A stretch of 64,000 bases of DNA, taken from positions 10,639 to 74,638 of the forward strand of contig JAJFHP010000046.1 in the NCBI GenBank assembly GCA_021775555.1, given 5' to 3'. Made by a program: the position numbers and the translations under genes. Below the pieces are notes generated by a model that was not told the DNA's origin, did not search any database, and saw nothing but the letters and a program-made list of their open reading frames with translations. Of this stretch, positions 9,447 to 18,442 are shown in pieces. Each line of letters opens with the position of its first letter. The stretch's first letter is position 1. Origin of the DNA: Hyphomicrobiales bacterium. Lineage in GTDB: Bacteria > Pseudomonadota > Alphaproteobacteria > Rhizobiales > Methyloligellaceae.

Positions 9447-10001
9447 TTACTGGCTTTTGCCAGGTTCGACGACATAAATTCTGCCCACCATCTGGTGGTG
9501 GCCTTGACCGCAAAATTCATTGCAGATCACGCCAAACGTGCCGCTCTGCGTCGGTGTGAGTGTGACGACATGTTCGATACCGGGATGGACCTGCAGGTTG
9601 ATCCCGATCGGCTGGAGAGAAAATCCGTGCTGCCAGTCAAGTGAAGACAGGTGCAGCCGGTAAGTTTGACCTTTCTCCAACTCCAGGATTGGCCACCATT
9701 CCCACAGGCGCGCCAGCATGTAGACATCACCGCCCGCCGGGGGCTTTGCCACCGGATATCCGGTATTTTCGTCCTCGCGCACGGTAAATTTCTTTGTGAA
9801 CTCCTCGGTACGCTGCTCGAAGACTTTCGGGCTGATGCGGTAGGCCTCATTGGAGAAATTCTGATTACCCTCGATATGCCAATAGACCATCATGGAAAAC
9901 ATGATGATCCCCCAACAGAAGGCGATTGCGATCCAGACAAGTTCTCCGCGCTCAATGCGCTCATTCCACCAGATTCGCTCTTCAGGAGAAGTTATTGCCA
10001 T
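9447..10001 (-). CDS. heme-copper oxidase subunit II (cupredoxin, CuA ligands present)
   Basis: 184 aa. N-terminal TM. CuA motif WQHGF ... CNEFCGQGHHQM. Confidence 0.85.
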   Translation of the reverse strand: MAITSPEERIWWNERIERGELVWIAIAFCWGIIMFSMMVYWHIEGNQNFSNEAYRISPKVFEQRTEEFTKKFTVREDENTGYPVAKPPAGGDVYMLARLWEWWPILELEKGQTYRLHLSSLDWQHGFSLQPIGINLQVHPGIEHVVTLTPTQSGTFGVICNEFCGQGHHQMVGRIYVVEPGKSQ

Positions 10002-10013
10002 TGGTTTATCTCC

Positions 10014-10187
10014 CTAATTGGCGACGGGTATCTGGGTAAGCTCGATCACGCCCCACAGGATGTAAAAGACGGTTGGAAAGACAACCCCCAGAAAAAGCAG
10101 CAAAAACGGGTTGTCGAGCACCCTCTGCATGAATGGAATTCTGACCGATACTGCTGTACCGGCCGTAGCTTTTGAACTTTTTGCCAT
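10014..10187 (-). CDS. small (57-aa) single-TM protein, first gene of the oxidase operon
   Basis: ATG at 10187 preceded by AGGGA. Hydrophobic helix LLLFLGVVFPTVFYILWGVI. Lies 12 nt upstream of subunit II. Confidence 0.5.
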   Translation of the reverse strand: MAKSSKATAGTAVSVRIPFMQRVLDNPFLLLFLGVVFPTVFYILWGVIELTQIPVAN

Positions 10188-10253
10188 GACGTCCCTGCCC
10201 CTTCTGGAAGTGTGGCTGTGGGCACAATTTACGGGCGTGCTGTGACGCCCGCC

Positions 10254-10267
10254 TTGATCGAGGTCAA
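10254..10267 (-). promoter_or_regulatory. FNR/FixK/NnrR-type box TTGATCGAGGTCAA
   Basis: Perfect TTGA-N6-TCAA (9/10 to TTGAT-N4-ATCAA). Centred about 32 bp upstream of a TAAATT -10-like hexamer (minus strand, 10226-10231) and 73 bp upstream of ATG 10187. Confidence 0.55.
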
Positions 10268-10318
10268 GACCGGAACACGACAGGGAGGTTTTTACTGGAG
10301 GTGAGGGTGGGTGAAAAG

Positions 10319-10394
10319 TGGTGCCGCTAGGGTGACTCGAACACCCGACCCCATCATTACGAATGATGTGCTCTACCAACTGAGCTATAGCGGC
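10319..10394 (-). tRNA. tRNA-Thr (anticodon CGU), CCA encoded
   Basis: Folded by hand: acceptor GCCGCTA/TAGCGGC, D arm GCTC-AGTTGGTA-GAGC, anticodon arm CATCA-TTCGTAA-TGATG, T arm GGGTG-TTCGAGT-CACCC, then A-CCA. 76 nt. Confidence 0.93.
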
Positions 10395-10496
10395 ACATGT
10401 TCATAAGAACGAAACTGGCATAGCTGCAGTGACGGCCGAAAGCAAGATACACAACCAATGTTAGTGCGCGTCATGAAGAAATGAATATTGAGGAGG

Positions 10497-12047
10497 TCAG
10501 CTGGTTGGCGCAGGGAATTTACGCTCGGCCTGCCTTTCCTCCGCCACCGTATCCGCCCCGGGACCCGGATCATCGGGTGCGCGAGGGGGGACAAAAATTT
10601 CCGGGTCTACATCATCCGAGGGGATATCTGCGGCTGGCGGCGTAGCCGGGGCATCAACCATCCGGGGTTCATCCCTTGTTTCAGCAGCAAGTTCGGGGGC
10701 TGGTTGCAGGTCCGGAACCGGTTGCGGGTCCGCTTCCTCGATCACAAGCGGATCATGATTCCCCAGCAATTCGACCGGCGCCTTCCACTCATACGCATCC
10801 AGCGCACCTGTTATCGGGGAGATCGGTGCCCAGCGGTCTGATATATATCCATCCGCCGTCCATGCCGGGTCGCGTGGCGCGTGAACGGCGCGCGCCAGCC
10901 ATTCGCGCACCCGGCCCTGATCGCCGGTCTCGCCACCCTCGATGCGTGCCATCAAAGTGCAAATGCGCGCGGAGGCAATATTGCCGATATAAGGTTTGAG
11001 CGCTTCGCGCGCCTCACCCCAGGCCCGTGCTTCGGCAGCCGCACTGGCGACCGCGATAGCGCCCTCCAGATTGCCCGGTGCCCACTGGGCCAGGAAATTC
11101 ACCCGCTTCAGGCGTTCGCGCGGGCTCTCTCCCGGACGCGCATGTGCATAGGCCAAGGCAAGATCGGGGTGGGGGTTGATTTCCCATGTCTTGGCAATGA
11201 CCCGGGCAGCGCGCGTGGCATCCCCTTGCGAGGCCATCACCCTGCCGGCAATTTCAGCCGCCGGCACCAGGTCTGGCGCGAGCTTGTGAGCTTCAAGTGC
11301 GAGTTCCCGGGCGACATTCATGTCCCGCTCTTCGGCTTCCATCGCCTGCGCGGTCAGCAGCACCGCGCGGCGGCGTGCCGCAACCTGTTTTTCAATCTGT
11401 TTTTGTCTCTGTGCCACGTCGAGCGTCCTCAGCGCCCCGGCCCAGTCCCCTGCCTTGCATTGCAGCTCGAACAGCGCGTTCACACTCCAGGAGAGGTCAG
11501 GATTGCGTTCCATGGCACGCTCGGCAAATTGCCGCGCGGCTTCGCTTTCATTCTCACGCCGGGCTTCCAGGAACAGCCCGCGTAATCCCAGCATTTCCGT
11601 CTCCGGTGCCTCGGCCATGGTTTCGAAAATTTTTCGAGCCGCCGCCCGGTCGCCATGCAACTGCGCCGATTGCGAGCGCAGCAACCCTGTGAGCGGTTCA
11701 CCGGGCAGCAATTTGTGTGCCTGGCCGGCAAATTTGCGAGCGTCTTCCTTGTCGCCCGCCCCCACCGCGATGAGCCCGCGAGACAAGGCATCCAGCCCGT
11801 GCTTTTCACGCTTCTTCTTCATCAATTCGGAGAGGACAGCGGGACGCGAGACGAGGTAGCGTAGCGCCGACCAGAGCGCCACTGCCGCCAGGAGAACCCC
11901 ACCCAGCATCAGACCGGCGACAAAAACCGATGTCTCGAGCTGGTATCCGAGCCACTCGATACTCAGAGTTCCGGGTTTGTCGGCAACCCAGGCCAGCCCA
12001 ACCGCCGCGGCGCCGACAACAAGAACAAAAAAGATGAGCCTCACCAT
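10497..12047 (-). CDS. hemY: HemY-like TPR membrane protein
   Basis: N-terminus MVRLIFFVLVVGAAAVGLAWVADKPG...IEWLGYQLETS is typical of HemY_N. TPR-like Ala/Leu-rich body. Sits in the hemC-hemD-hemX-hemY arrangement. Confidence 0.8.
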   Translation of the reverse strand: MVRLIFFVLVVGAAAVGLAWVADKPGTLSIEWLGYQLETSVFVAGLMLGGVLLAAVALWSALRYLVSRPAVLSELMKKKREKHGLDALSRGLIAVGAGDKEDARKFAGQAHKLLPGEPLTGLLRSQSAQLHGDRAAARKIFETMAEAPETEMLGLRGLFLEARRENESEAARQFAERAMERNPDLSWSVNALFELQCKAGDWAGALRTLDVAQRQKQIEKQVAARRRAVLLTAQAMEAEERDMNVARELALEAHKLAPDLVPAAEIAGRVMASQGDATRAARVIAKTWEINPHPDLALAYAHARPGESPRERLKRVNFLAQWAPGNLEGAIAVASAAAEARAWGEAREALKPYIGNIASARICTLMARIEGGETGDQGRVREWLARAVHAPRDPAWTADGYISDRWAPISPITGALDAYEWKAPVELLGNHDPLVIEEADPQPVPDLQPAPELAAETRDEPRMVDAPATPPAADIPSDDVDPEIFVPPRAPDDPGPGADTVAEERQAERKFPAPTS

Positions 12048-12054
12048 GTAGCGC

Positions 12055-13464
12055 CTACCTTTGCGCTTTCACGCCAGGTTCAAGGCTTGCTAGCAGGCTT
12101 TTTTCAAGCGCATTCAACCCGGCCCGGCTAGCACGGTGCGCCTTCGCCCTGTCCAGCCAGGGTTGCAGGCTCTTCAATGCCGGACCGCTCAGGCCGCTCG
12201 CCTCTTGTAAAACAGCCGCCAGCCCGGAGGACTTCATATGCACCTCCATGCGCGCCAGAACCGCCACTGCAGTTTTGCCCTCTGCCGGGCCAATACGGCG
12301 CACGCGCACCACCGACCGGGCATTCGAGACAAGCCGGTCGAAAAACGTGTCATCATCGGGTTTAGCCGCCGTGACGCGCGCATCGCGCAAATATTGTGGC
12401 AGGGTGCGCAACAAGGAGCGCTCGGTTTCAACGCCAGGACTGGCCGTCTTGCTGAGTTCAGACAGATCAAGACCCTCAGGTGCAAGTTTGGCCAGCGCCT
12501 CAAGCCGGGAAGTATAAGGCTCACCGCTTTCAACCGCGCGCCGCAAACTTTCAAACGCCAGTGCCAGAGCCGCACCTTCGCTGCCTGCTCCATGCACGAC
12601 TGAAGCTTGTCCCGAAGGCATGGCTGGCCGGGCTGCAAGGGTTGAAACCTTCCCCTCCAGTGTGTCGAGGCGCGCCGTGAGCGCTTTTTCATTATCTTCG
12701 TTGCCGGAAGATTGCCGTGTCTCAAGCGCTTGAAGAGCCTTTTTCAACTCAGTCATTTCCTCCCTGGCCGCACCCGTGCGCTTCTCAAAGTCCGATGATA
12801 CGTCGTCTATTTTCGCCGTAAGCGCGGTGGATAATTCCAGCCCGGATGCGCCTGCTTCTCCAGCTGCAGAACCAAGGGTTTTCAAAGTATCCTCGAGTTT
12901 ACCCAGTCGATCAGTTATCGCCTGCGGCACGGGTGGCGCCACGGATGGTTTGCTCTCAAGTCCTGTGAGACGCTTCTCAAGCGTGTCGAGTTTTTCGGAC
13001 CTGGCCACGCCTTCAAGAGACTTTGATTGCCCGGCTGATTTCTCTTCGAGGGCATTCAACCTCTGCTCGATCCCGATGATCTGTTCAGGAGCATCGCTTT
13101 TGCCAAGGAGGCCTGAAAGGGGGAGTTTTTCAAGACCAACACCAGCCCCGACGACACCGACAAGCCCGCCAATCAGCCCAGCCGCGAGATGGGTTACAAA
13201 GCCTTTGACCTCGGATGGCTTGGTGCGCTGCAGCGGCAGCTTTGGGCCCGTGGCGGATTTTTCAGGCGACGCCGTACTGCTGACATGTTCATCACCAGCC
13301 TCGATGCCATCCTCATCGCCAACCGGGCCGTCCGGGTCCGGCTTGACCTCGATTTCGACCTCTTCCGCTTCCAGCTCAATCGTCCTGGAAGGCCGCTTCG
13401 GTGAGTCCGGTGCGTCATCCCCGCCGGACGCCGCACTCGGGTTATCTTTCTCGTCACTCGTCAT
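12055..13464 (-). CDS. HemX-like / alphaproteobacterial Mic60 (mitofilin)-like membrane protein
   Basis: Acidic N-terminus, one TM (LAAGLIGGLVGVVGAGVGL), a long Ala/Glu/Leu-rich coiled-coil-like segment and a conserved-looking C-terminal domain. Located between hemD and hemY. Confidence 0.6.
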   Translation of the reverse strand: MTSDEKDNPSAASGGDDAPDSPKRPSRTIELEAEEVEIEVKPDPDGPVGDEDGIEAGDEHVSSTASPEKSATGPKLPLQRTKPSEVKGFVTHLAAGLIGGLVGVVGAGVGLEKLPLSGLLGKSDAPEQIIGIEQRLNALEEKSAGQSKSLEGVARSEKLDTLEKRLTGLESKPSVAPPVPQAITDRLGKLEDTLKTLGSAAGEAGASGLELSTALTAKIDDVSSDFEKRTGAAREEMTELKKALQALETRQSSGNEDNEKALTARLDTLEGKVSTLAARPAMPSGQASVVHGAGSEGAALALAFESLRRAVESGEPYTSRLEALAKLAPEGLDLSELSKTASPGVETERSLLRTLPQYLRDARVTAAKPDDDTFFDRLVSNARSVVRVRRIGPAEGKTAVAVLARMEVHMKSSGLAAVLQEASGLSGPALKSLQPWLDRAKAHRASRAGLNALEKSLLASLEPGVKAQR

Positions 13465-13498
13465 TACTTTTGGTGGCCCTTATGCCTCAGCCGCCTGA

Positions 13499-14233
13499 CT
13501 ACAGCCAACAGTGTGCCGCTTCGTGGCCGATCAACGCAAGTAGATCATCTTCCCTGGGACTGGCGGCAATGAGAACACGCGCGTCCTCAAGTTCTTTTAG
13601 CGGTTCCGCAACATTGCGCGACAGGCAGAAAAAAGTGAGTTTTCTGGCGATCGCCTGTATTTCGGGTTCGGCAACCATCGCCATGTAAGTATGTGCCGTT
13701 GCCGGCGACATCAATATGACGCCTTCAAGCGCACCATCCATATGGACCTTGCGAGCAGCCTCGGCAAAACTTTCGGCCATATTTATCCGGTACAGGATCG
13801 GTTGCACCACCTCAAAACCAACTTTCTCCAGTGCGCTTTTCAGATCAAACGCCATCCGCTCCCCAGCAAGATGTATGAGGGCACCTGCATCCGGGGTGCA
13901 TTCTGACTGAACAAGCGGGAGCATCTCCTCGGCCGTCCCCGGTCCCCGGTGAATATTTCCAAATCCCAGGTCCCCCGCCAGTTTCGCCGTTGCCGCACCG
14001 ACCGTGAAAAGCGGCAGGTTGAGCGTGGCCTCCAGCTGGCTGCTCGCTTCCAACGCGCGCAGTGAATTGCGGCTGGTGGCGATCAGCCCCTGAGCGCCGG
14101 TGAGGGGCAGGGCGGCAAAATTGAGAAATTCAACTTCCAGCAATGGCGCAACACTCACGTCATGACCGAGTGCTTTTAGCTTTTCAGCCTGGGCATCAGC
14201 ATCGGGCTGCGGGCGGGTTACGAGCAGACGCAT
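13499..14233 (-). CDS. hemD: uroporphyrinogen-III synthase
   Basis: 244 aa starting MRLLVTRPQPDA. Its start overlaps the hemC stop by 1 nt (TAATG). Confidence 0.8.
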   Translation of the reverse strand: MRLLVTRPQPDADAQAEKLKALGHDVSVAPLLEVEFLNFAALPLTGAQGLIATSRNSLRALEASSQLEATLNLPLFTVGAATAKLAGDLGFGNIHRGPGTAEEMLPLVQSECTPDAGALIHLAGERMAFDLKSALEKVGFEVVQPILYRINMAESFAEAARKVHMDGALEGVILMSPATAHTYMAMVAEPEIQAIARKLTFFCLSRNVAEPLKELEDARVLIAASPREDDLLALIGHEAAHCWL

Positions 14234-15162
14234 TATTCAAGCGCCTTGAAGAAGTCATCGCCTCCAAGACGCAGCAACTCACGTGCCGCATCCAGGCCCA
14301 TCTCTTCACCATCGCCAGTTGGCCCTTTACGCTCGGTCTCATGGCTAATCGTGCCATCAGGGGTGAGAATCTGTCCGCGAAAATGTAAAATGTCGCCGTC
14401 CAGCTCCGCCAGCCCGGCAATCGGCGTGCGGCAGGACCCGTCAAGTTCGCGTAGGAAAGCCCGCTCCGCGGCAACGCACAGCGCGGTCTCTTCATGATGT
14501 ATCGCCTTGAGCAGTTCACGCGTTGCGGTATCGCTTGAGCAAATTTCAATACAAATCGCACCTTGCGCCACGGCCGGGAGCATTTCTTCAGGCTCAATCA
14601 AGGCCGCGATATGCTGCTCCTTGCCCAGCCGCTTCAGCCCGGCGACCGCAAGCAGGGTTGCATCTGCCACGCCTTCGGAGAGCTTGCTCAGCCGCGTCTG
14701 CACATTGCCGCGAAACTCCACGACCTTGAGATCAGGCCTCATGCGTCTCACCTGTGCCTGACGCCGCAGTGACGAGGTGCCGACTATCGCGCCTTCCGGC
14801 AAACCCTTTAAGCTTGAGGTTTTGTCAGACAAAAAAGCATCGCGCACATCTTCTCTTTGAAGAACGCAGGCAATCTCAAGACCATCTGGGAGAATTGTCG
14901 GCATGTCCTTCATGGAATGGACGGCAAGCGCGATTTCGCCTGACGCCAGCGCCTGCTCGATCTCCAGGGTGAACAGTCCCTTGCCGCCAAACTCGCTCAG
15001 TGACTGATCCTGTATTTTATCGCCCGAGGTTTTGAACGTACAAACCTCTATTCTCCCCTCATCCATCCCGTGGGCCGCGACAAGGCAGTCGCGCACTTCA
15101 TTAGCCTGCCAAAGGGCCAGCGGGGAGCCTCTGGTGCCGATTTTCAGGGGATGAGATTGCAA
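14233..15162 (-). CDS. hemC: hydroxymethylbilane synthase (porphobilinogen deaminase)
   Basis: LKIGTRGSPLALWQA, GGKGLFT.EIE.AL, GTSSLRR.AQ and a C-terminal cofactor Cys region (LDGSCRTPIAG). Confidence 0.93.
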   Translation of the reverse strand: MQSHPLKIGTRGSPLALWQANEVRDCLVAAHGMDEGRIEVCTFKTSGDKIQDQSLSEFGGKGLFTLEIEQALASGEIALAVHSMKDMPTILPDGLEIACVLQREDVRDAFLSDKTSSLKGLPEGAIVGTSSLRRQAQVRRMRPDLKVVEFRGNVQTRLSKLSEGVADATLLAVAGLKRLGKEQHIAALIEPEEMLPAVAQGAICIEICSSDTATRELLKAIHHEETALCVAAERAFLRELDGSCRTPIAGLAELDGDILHFRGQILTPDGTISHETERKGPTGDGEEMGLDAARELLRLGGDDFFKALE

Positions 15163-15261
15163 AGGGTTTTCTCCCGGTGCTAACTCACGTCGGAGTAAGG
15201 TTTAAATACCGCGCCATGTATGCCCGGCATCGGCGGGCAACGCAATCAGGCAGCATGTCTT

Positions 15262-16359
15262 ATGATCGCAATCGATAACAACCGCAAAGTCCGCATACTC
15301 GGTATCGAGACAAGTTGCGATGAGACCGCCGCGGGTGTTGTGCTGCGGCGCAGGGCTGGACAAGGCGAGATTCTCTCAAACCTGGTGCGCACGCAGCTTG
15401 ATGATCATGCGGCCTTCGGCGGTGTCGTGCCCGAGATCGCGGCGCGCGCTCATGTCGAGGTGCTGGACGTTCTCATCAAACAGGCAATGGAAGAAGCAGG
15501 TGTCAGCTGGAATGATCTCGACGGCGTGGCAGCAACTGCGGGGCCTGGGCTGCTCGGCGGAGTGCTGGTCGGCCTGATGACAGGCAAGGCGATTGCGGCT
15601 GCGCGCAACCTGCCGCTCATAGCGGTCAATCATCTCGAGGCCCATGCCCTCACGGTCGGGTTGACTGACGGGATTGAGCCGCCCTACCTGCTGCTGCTGG
15701 TTTCGGGCGGGCATACCCAGCTTCTCATCGTGCGCGATGTAGGCGCGTTTGAGCGTCTCGGCACTACGCTGGACGATGCGCTGGGAGAGGCCTTCGACAA
15801 GACGGCAAAGCTTTTGGGCCTGCCCTATCCCGGCGGTCCGGAGGTAGAGAAACATGCACGTGTAGGCGATGAAGCACGGTTTGATCTGCCTCGGCCCATG
15901 GTTGGGCGTATTGATCCCCATTTCTCCTTTGCCGGCCTGAAAACCGCATTAAGAAGACGGGCGGAAGAAACAGCCCCCCTTTCCGGCAAGGACATCGCCG
16001 ATTTGTGCGCATCGTTCCAGCGTGCTGTGTGCGACGTCATAATTGACAGAACCTCAACGGCAATGGCGCTCTATGAAACGGCATTGGGGGAAGGCGTGGA
16101 ACGCCGGCTGGTGGTAGCTGGAGGCGTCGCGGCAAACCAGGCTATCGGGGCAAGCCTGGAGCAATTGTGCAGAACCAGGGGCTACGCTCTCCATGTTCCA
16201 CCTGCAGCGCTGTGCACAGACAATGGCGCGATGATCGCCTGGGCGGGAGCAGAACGCCTGGTTCGGGGGTTGGTAGATGATTTTACTGTCCCCGCGCGGG
16301 CGCGTTGGCCGCTGGACATTAAAGCTGCTCCCGCAATCGGCGCCGGGGTCAAGGCGTAA
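15262..16359 (+). CDS. tsaD: tRNA N6-adenosine threonylcarbamoyltransferase
   Basis: [26 protein letters not shown] motifs. Start set at ATG 15262 (the ORF opens at 15220). Confidence 0.92.
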   Translation: MIAIDNNRKVRILGIETSCDETAAGVVLRRRAGQGEILSNLVRTQLDDHAAFGGVVPEIAARAHVEVLDVLIKQAMEEAGVSWNDLDGVAATAGPGLLGGVLVGLMTGKAIAAARNLPLIAVNHLEAHALTVGLTDGIEPPYLLLLVSGGHTQLLIVRDVGAFERLGTTLDDALGEAFDKTAKLLGLPYPGGPEVEKHARVGDEARFDLPRPMVGRIDPHFSFAGLKTALRRRAEETAPLSGKDIADLCASFQRAVCDVIIDRTSTAMALYETALGEGVERRLVVAGGVAANQAIGASLEQLCRTRGYALHVPPAALCTDNGAMIAWAGAERLVRGLVDDFTVPARARWPLDIKAAPAIGAGVKA

Positions 16360-16377
16360 AGACAAGAAGGAAACGTG

Positions 16378-17376
16378 ATGACCTTTCAGATAATTGGTAT
16401 TGTCGGCGGCGGCGCCTGGGGCACGGCGTTGGCCCAGGCGGTCATAAAATCCGGTCGTGATGCGCTGCTCTGGGCCCATGAAGCCGAAACCGTGAGCGAG
16501 ATCAACGAAAGCCACATCAACAGCACTTACCTGCCCGGCATTCCCCTCGACCCCACCCTGCGCGCCACTGCTGAGCTCGCGGAAATTGCCGCCTGTGACG
16601 CCATTTTGATGGTCGCGCCCGCGCAGCACACGCGTGTGATAGCAGGGCAGCTGGCAAAGGACCTGCCCGAGGGCCGCCCTGTCATCATGTGCTCCAAGGG
16701 CATCGAGCAGACAACCCGTAAGCTCATGAGCCAGGTCCTGAGCGAATCCTTGCCGCAAGCTGTCCCCGCCATATTGTCAGGGCCAAGCTTCGCCGCCGAA
16801 GTCGCTCATGGCCTTCCTGCGGCCCTGACGCTGGCCTGTGAAGATGAGGAACTGGGTGAGGCATTGGCGTTGGCGATCGGCCATGCCACCTTCCGGCCCT
16901 ATTGGAGCGGAGACCTCATTGGCGCCCAGATTGGCGGCGCAATGAAGAATGTCCTGGCCATAGCCGCTGGTATCGTCAGGGGTAAAAAGCTCGGGTCAAA
17001 CGCCCATGCTGCAATCACCACGCGGGGTTATGCGGAAATGGTGCGCTTTGGCACCGCACTCGGGGCGCAAGCCGTGACACTGACTGGTCTCAGTGGCCTT
17101 GGAGATCTCATTCTCACCTGCGGCAGCCCACAATCGCGCAATATGTCGCTCGGGATTGCGCTGGGCGAAGGCAAGACGCTGGACGAGGTGCTGGGGGGGC
17201 GCAACTCCGTCAGTGAAGGTGTTTACACCGCCTCCGCCGTCGTCGAAATCGCCGAGGTGTCCGGGCTTGATCTGCCCATATGCGCCGCCGTCCAGTCGGT
17301 TGTTTCAGGCGAAGCCAGCGTTGACCGGTCAATAGAAGTGCTACTTGCCCGGCCGGTGCGCGCTGAACTGATGTGA
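16378..17376 (+). CDS. gpsA: NAD(P)H-dependent glycerol-3-phosphate dehydrogenase
   Basis: IGIVGGGAWGTALA Rossmann N-terminus, SKGIE, GPSFA.EVA, GAMKNVLAIAAG. ATG 16378 lies 7 nt after GAAGGA. Confidence 0.92.
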   Translation: MTFQIIGIVGGGAWGTALAQAVIKSGRDALLWAHEAETVSEINESHINSTYLPGIPLDPTLRATAELAEIAACDAILMVAPAQHTRVIAGQLAKDLPEGRPVIMCSKGIEQTTRKLMSQVLSESLPQAVPAILSGPSFAAEVAHGLPAALTLACEDEELGEALALAIGHATFRPYWSGDLIGAQIGGAMKNVLAIAAGIVRGKKLGSNAHAAITTRGYAEMVRFGTALGAQAVTLTGLSGLGDLILTCGSPQSRNMSLGIALGEGKTLDEVLGGRNSVSEGVYTASAVVEIAEVSGLDLPICAAVQSVVSGEASVDRSIEVLLARPVRAELM

Positions 17377-17445
17377 TGTGAGACAATCCAGCATCTGGAA
17401 TTTTAAGTTAACACACGCAATACTGAGCCTAGGGAGGATGCTGCC

Positions 17446-18291
17446 ATGTCGATAAAGATTGAGCCCCTCGACGGCCCCATGGGCGCCCTGGTCCACGGGC
17501 TGGAGTCATCAGGGCGGTTAAGCGATGAGGATTTCGCCACTGTTGAACAGGCCATGTATGATCATGTGGCCATTGTGGCACCCGACCTGGAGGAAAATGT
17601 TCCCTGGATGAGGGATTTCACGGCGCGCTTCGGGCCGCTGGTGCCACATGTACTCGACCAGTATCACCACCCTGAAGGCTTCGAAGTCTCGATCATTGCC
17701 CGCAACACCGGCACATCGGAGTCGCGAAGCACCGCGAAACCGGCCGGCGCATTCTGGCACTCGGACCTGAGCTACGAAAAGAAACCTTCCGACGCCATCT
17801 TCCTCTACTCGACGCAAATTCCGAGCAAGGGCGGCGATACCCTCGCTGCCAATATGTACCTGGCTTATGACGGGTTGCCTGAAAAAACCAAGACGCGCAT
17901 AGAAAATCTCACAACAACCCACCGCTGGGGCTGGAACACGGGTGGGGCCACTCCAACGCTCACTCAGGAGCAACTGGATACCCATCCCGACGTTGTGCAT
18001 CCGGTTGTTCGCCGTCACCCCAAAACTGGGCGTAAAATCCTCTTTGTCAATCCGGGCTACGTGATGCGCATAAATGAAGTGGGCCAGCAGGAGAGCGATG
18101 AGCTGCTGGAGGAGTTGTTCGAGCACGCGTTGAAGCCGGAATATCAGTACAGGCACAGATGGGAGCTGAACATGCTGCTCGGCATCGATAACCGTGCCTC
18201 CATGCATGCTGCCGTGGACGACTATACCGAGCCACGCCGCATGTTGAGGATGATCGTTGGCTGCACGGAAAAAATGGGTATTGCCGCCTAG
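17446..18291 (+). CDS. TauD/TfdA-family Fe(II)/2-oxoglutarate dioxygenase
   Basis: 281 aa. HSD facial-triad region (FWHSDLSY), a distal His (ASMHAA) and TfdA-like length and layout. Confidence 0.75.
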   Translation: MSIKIEPLDGPMGALVHGLESSGRLSDEDFATVEQAMYDHVAIVAPDLEENVPWMRDFTARFGPLVPHVLDQYHHPEGFEVSIIARNTGTSESRSTAKPAGAFWHSDLSYEKKPSDAIFLYSTQIPSKGGDTLAANMYLAYDGLPEKTKTRIENLTTTHRWGWNTGGATPTLTQEQLDTHPDVVHPVVRRHPKTGRKILFVNPGYVMRINEVGQQESDELLEELFEHALKPEYQYRHRWELNMLLGIDNRASMHAAVDDYTEPRRMLRMIVGCTEKMGIAA

Positions 18292-18442
18292 GGTCCGGAC
18301 CCCGGTACGGCACCCTCATTTTCCCCTCAGCCCCTGTTACATATTAGCTGTTCTGTTAACCCGGAATTAGGCCCCATTATCAACAATGCTGCGAGATTGC
18401 TCCAGAACGGGGCGGTTATTAATACCTAGGAAAGGGCTGGAT

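Noticed and set aside
4389-10394. The idea that the oxidase operon is a genomic island integrated at the 3' end of tRNA-Thr.
   Set aside because: There is no integrase and no direct repeat of the tRNA 3' end. The GC content of the operon looks like the flanks. Adjacency alone is insufficient.
10881-11859. Several 130-234-aa plus-strand ORFs antisense to hemY.
   Set aside because: They are GC-rich shadow ORFs inside a gene with the typical HemY N-terminus. The same reasoning applies to 3419-4183 (antisense to the dehydrogenase), 17518-18207 (antisense to the tauD-like gene), 50837-51484 (antisense to the aminotransferase) and 5936-6655 (alternative frame inside the cyt b fusion).
12776-13498. 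240-aa plus-strand ORF antisense to the Mic60/HemX-like gene.
   Set aside because: It is a Ser/Pro/Ala-rich low-complexity translation of the opposite strand of a real gene, i.e. a shadow ORF.
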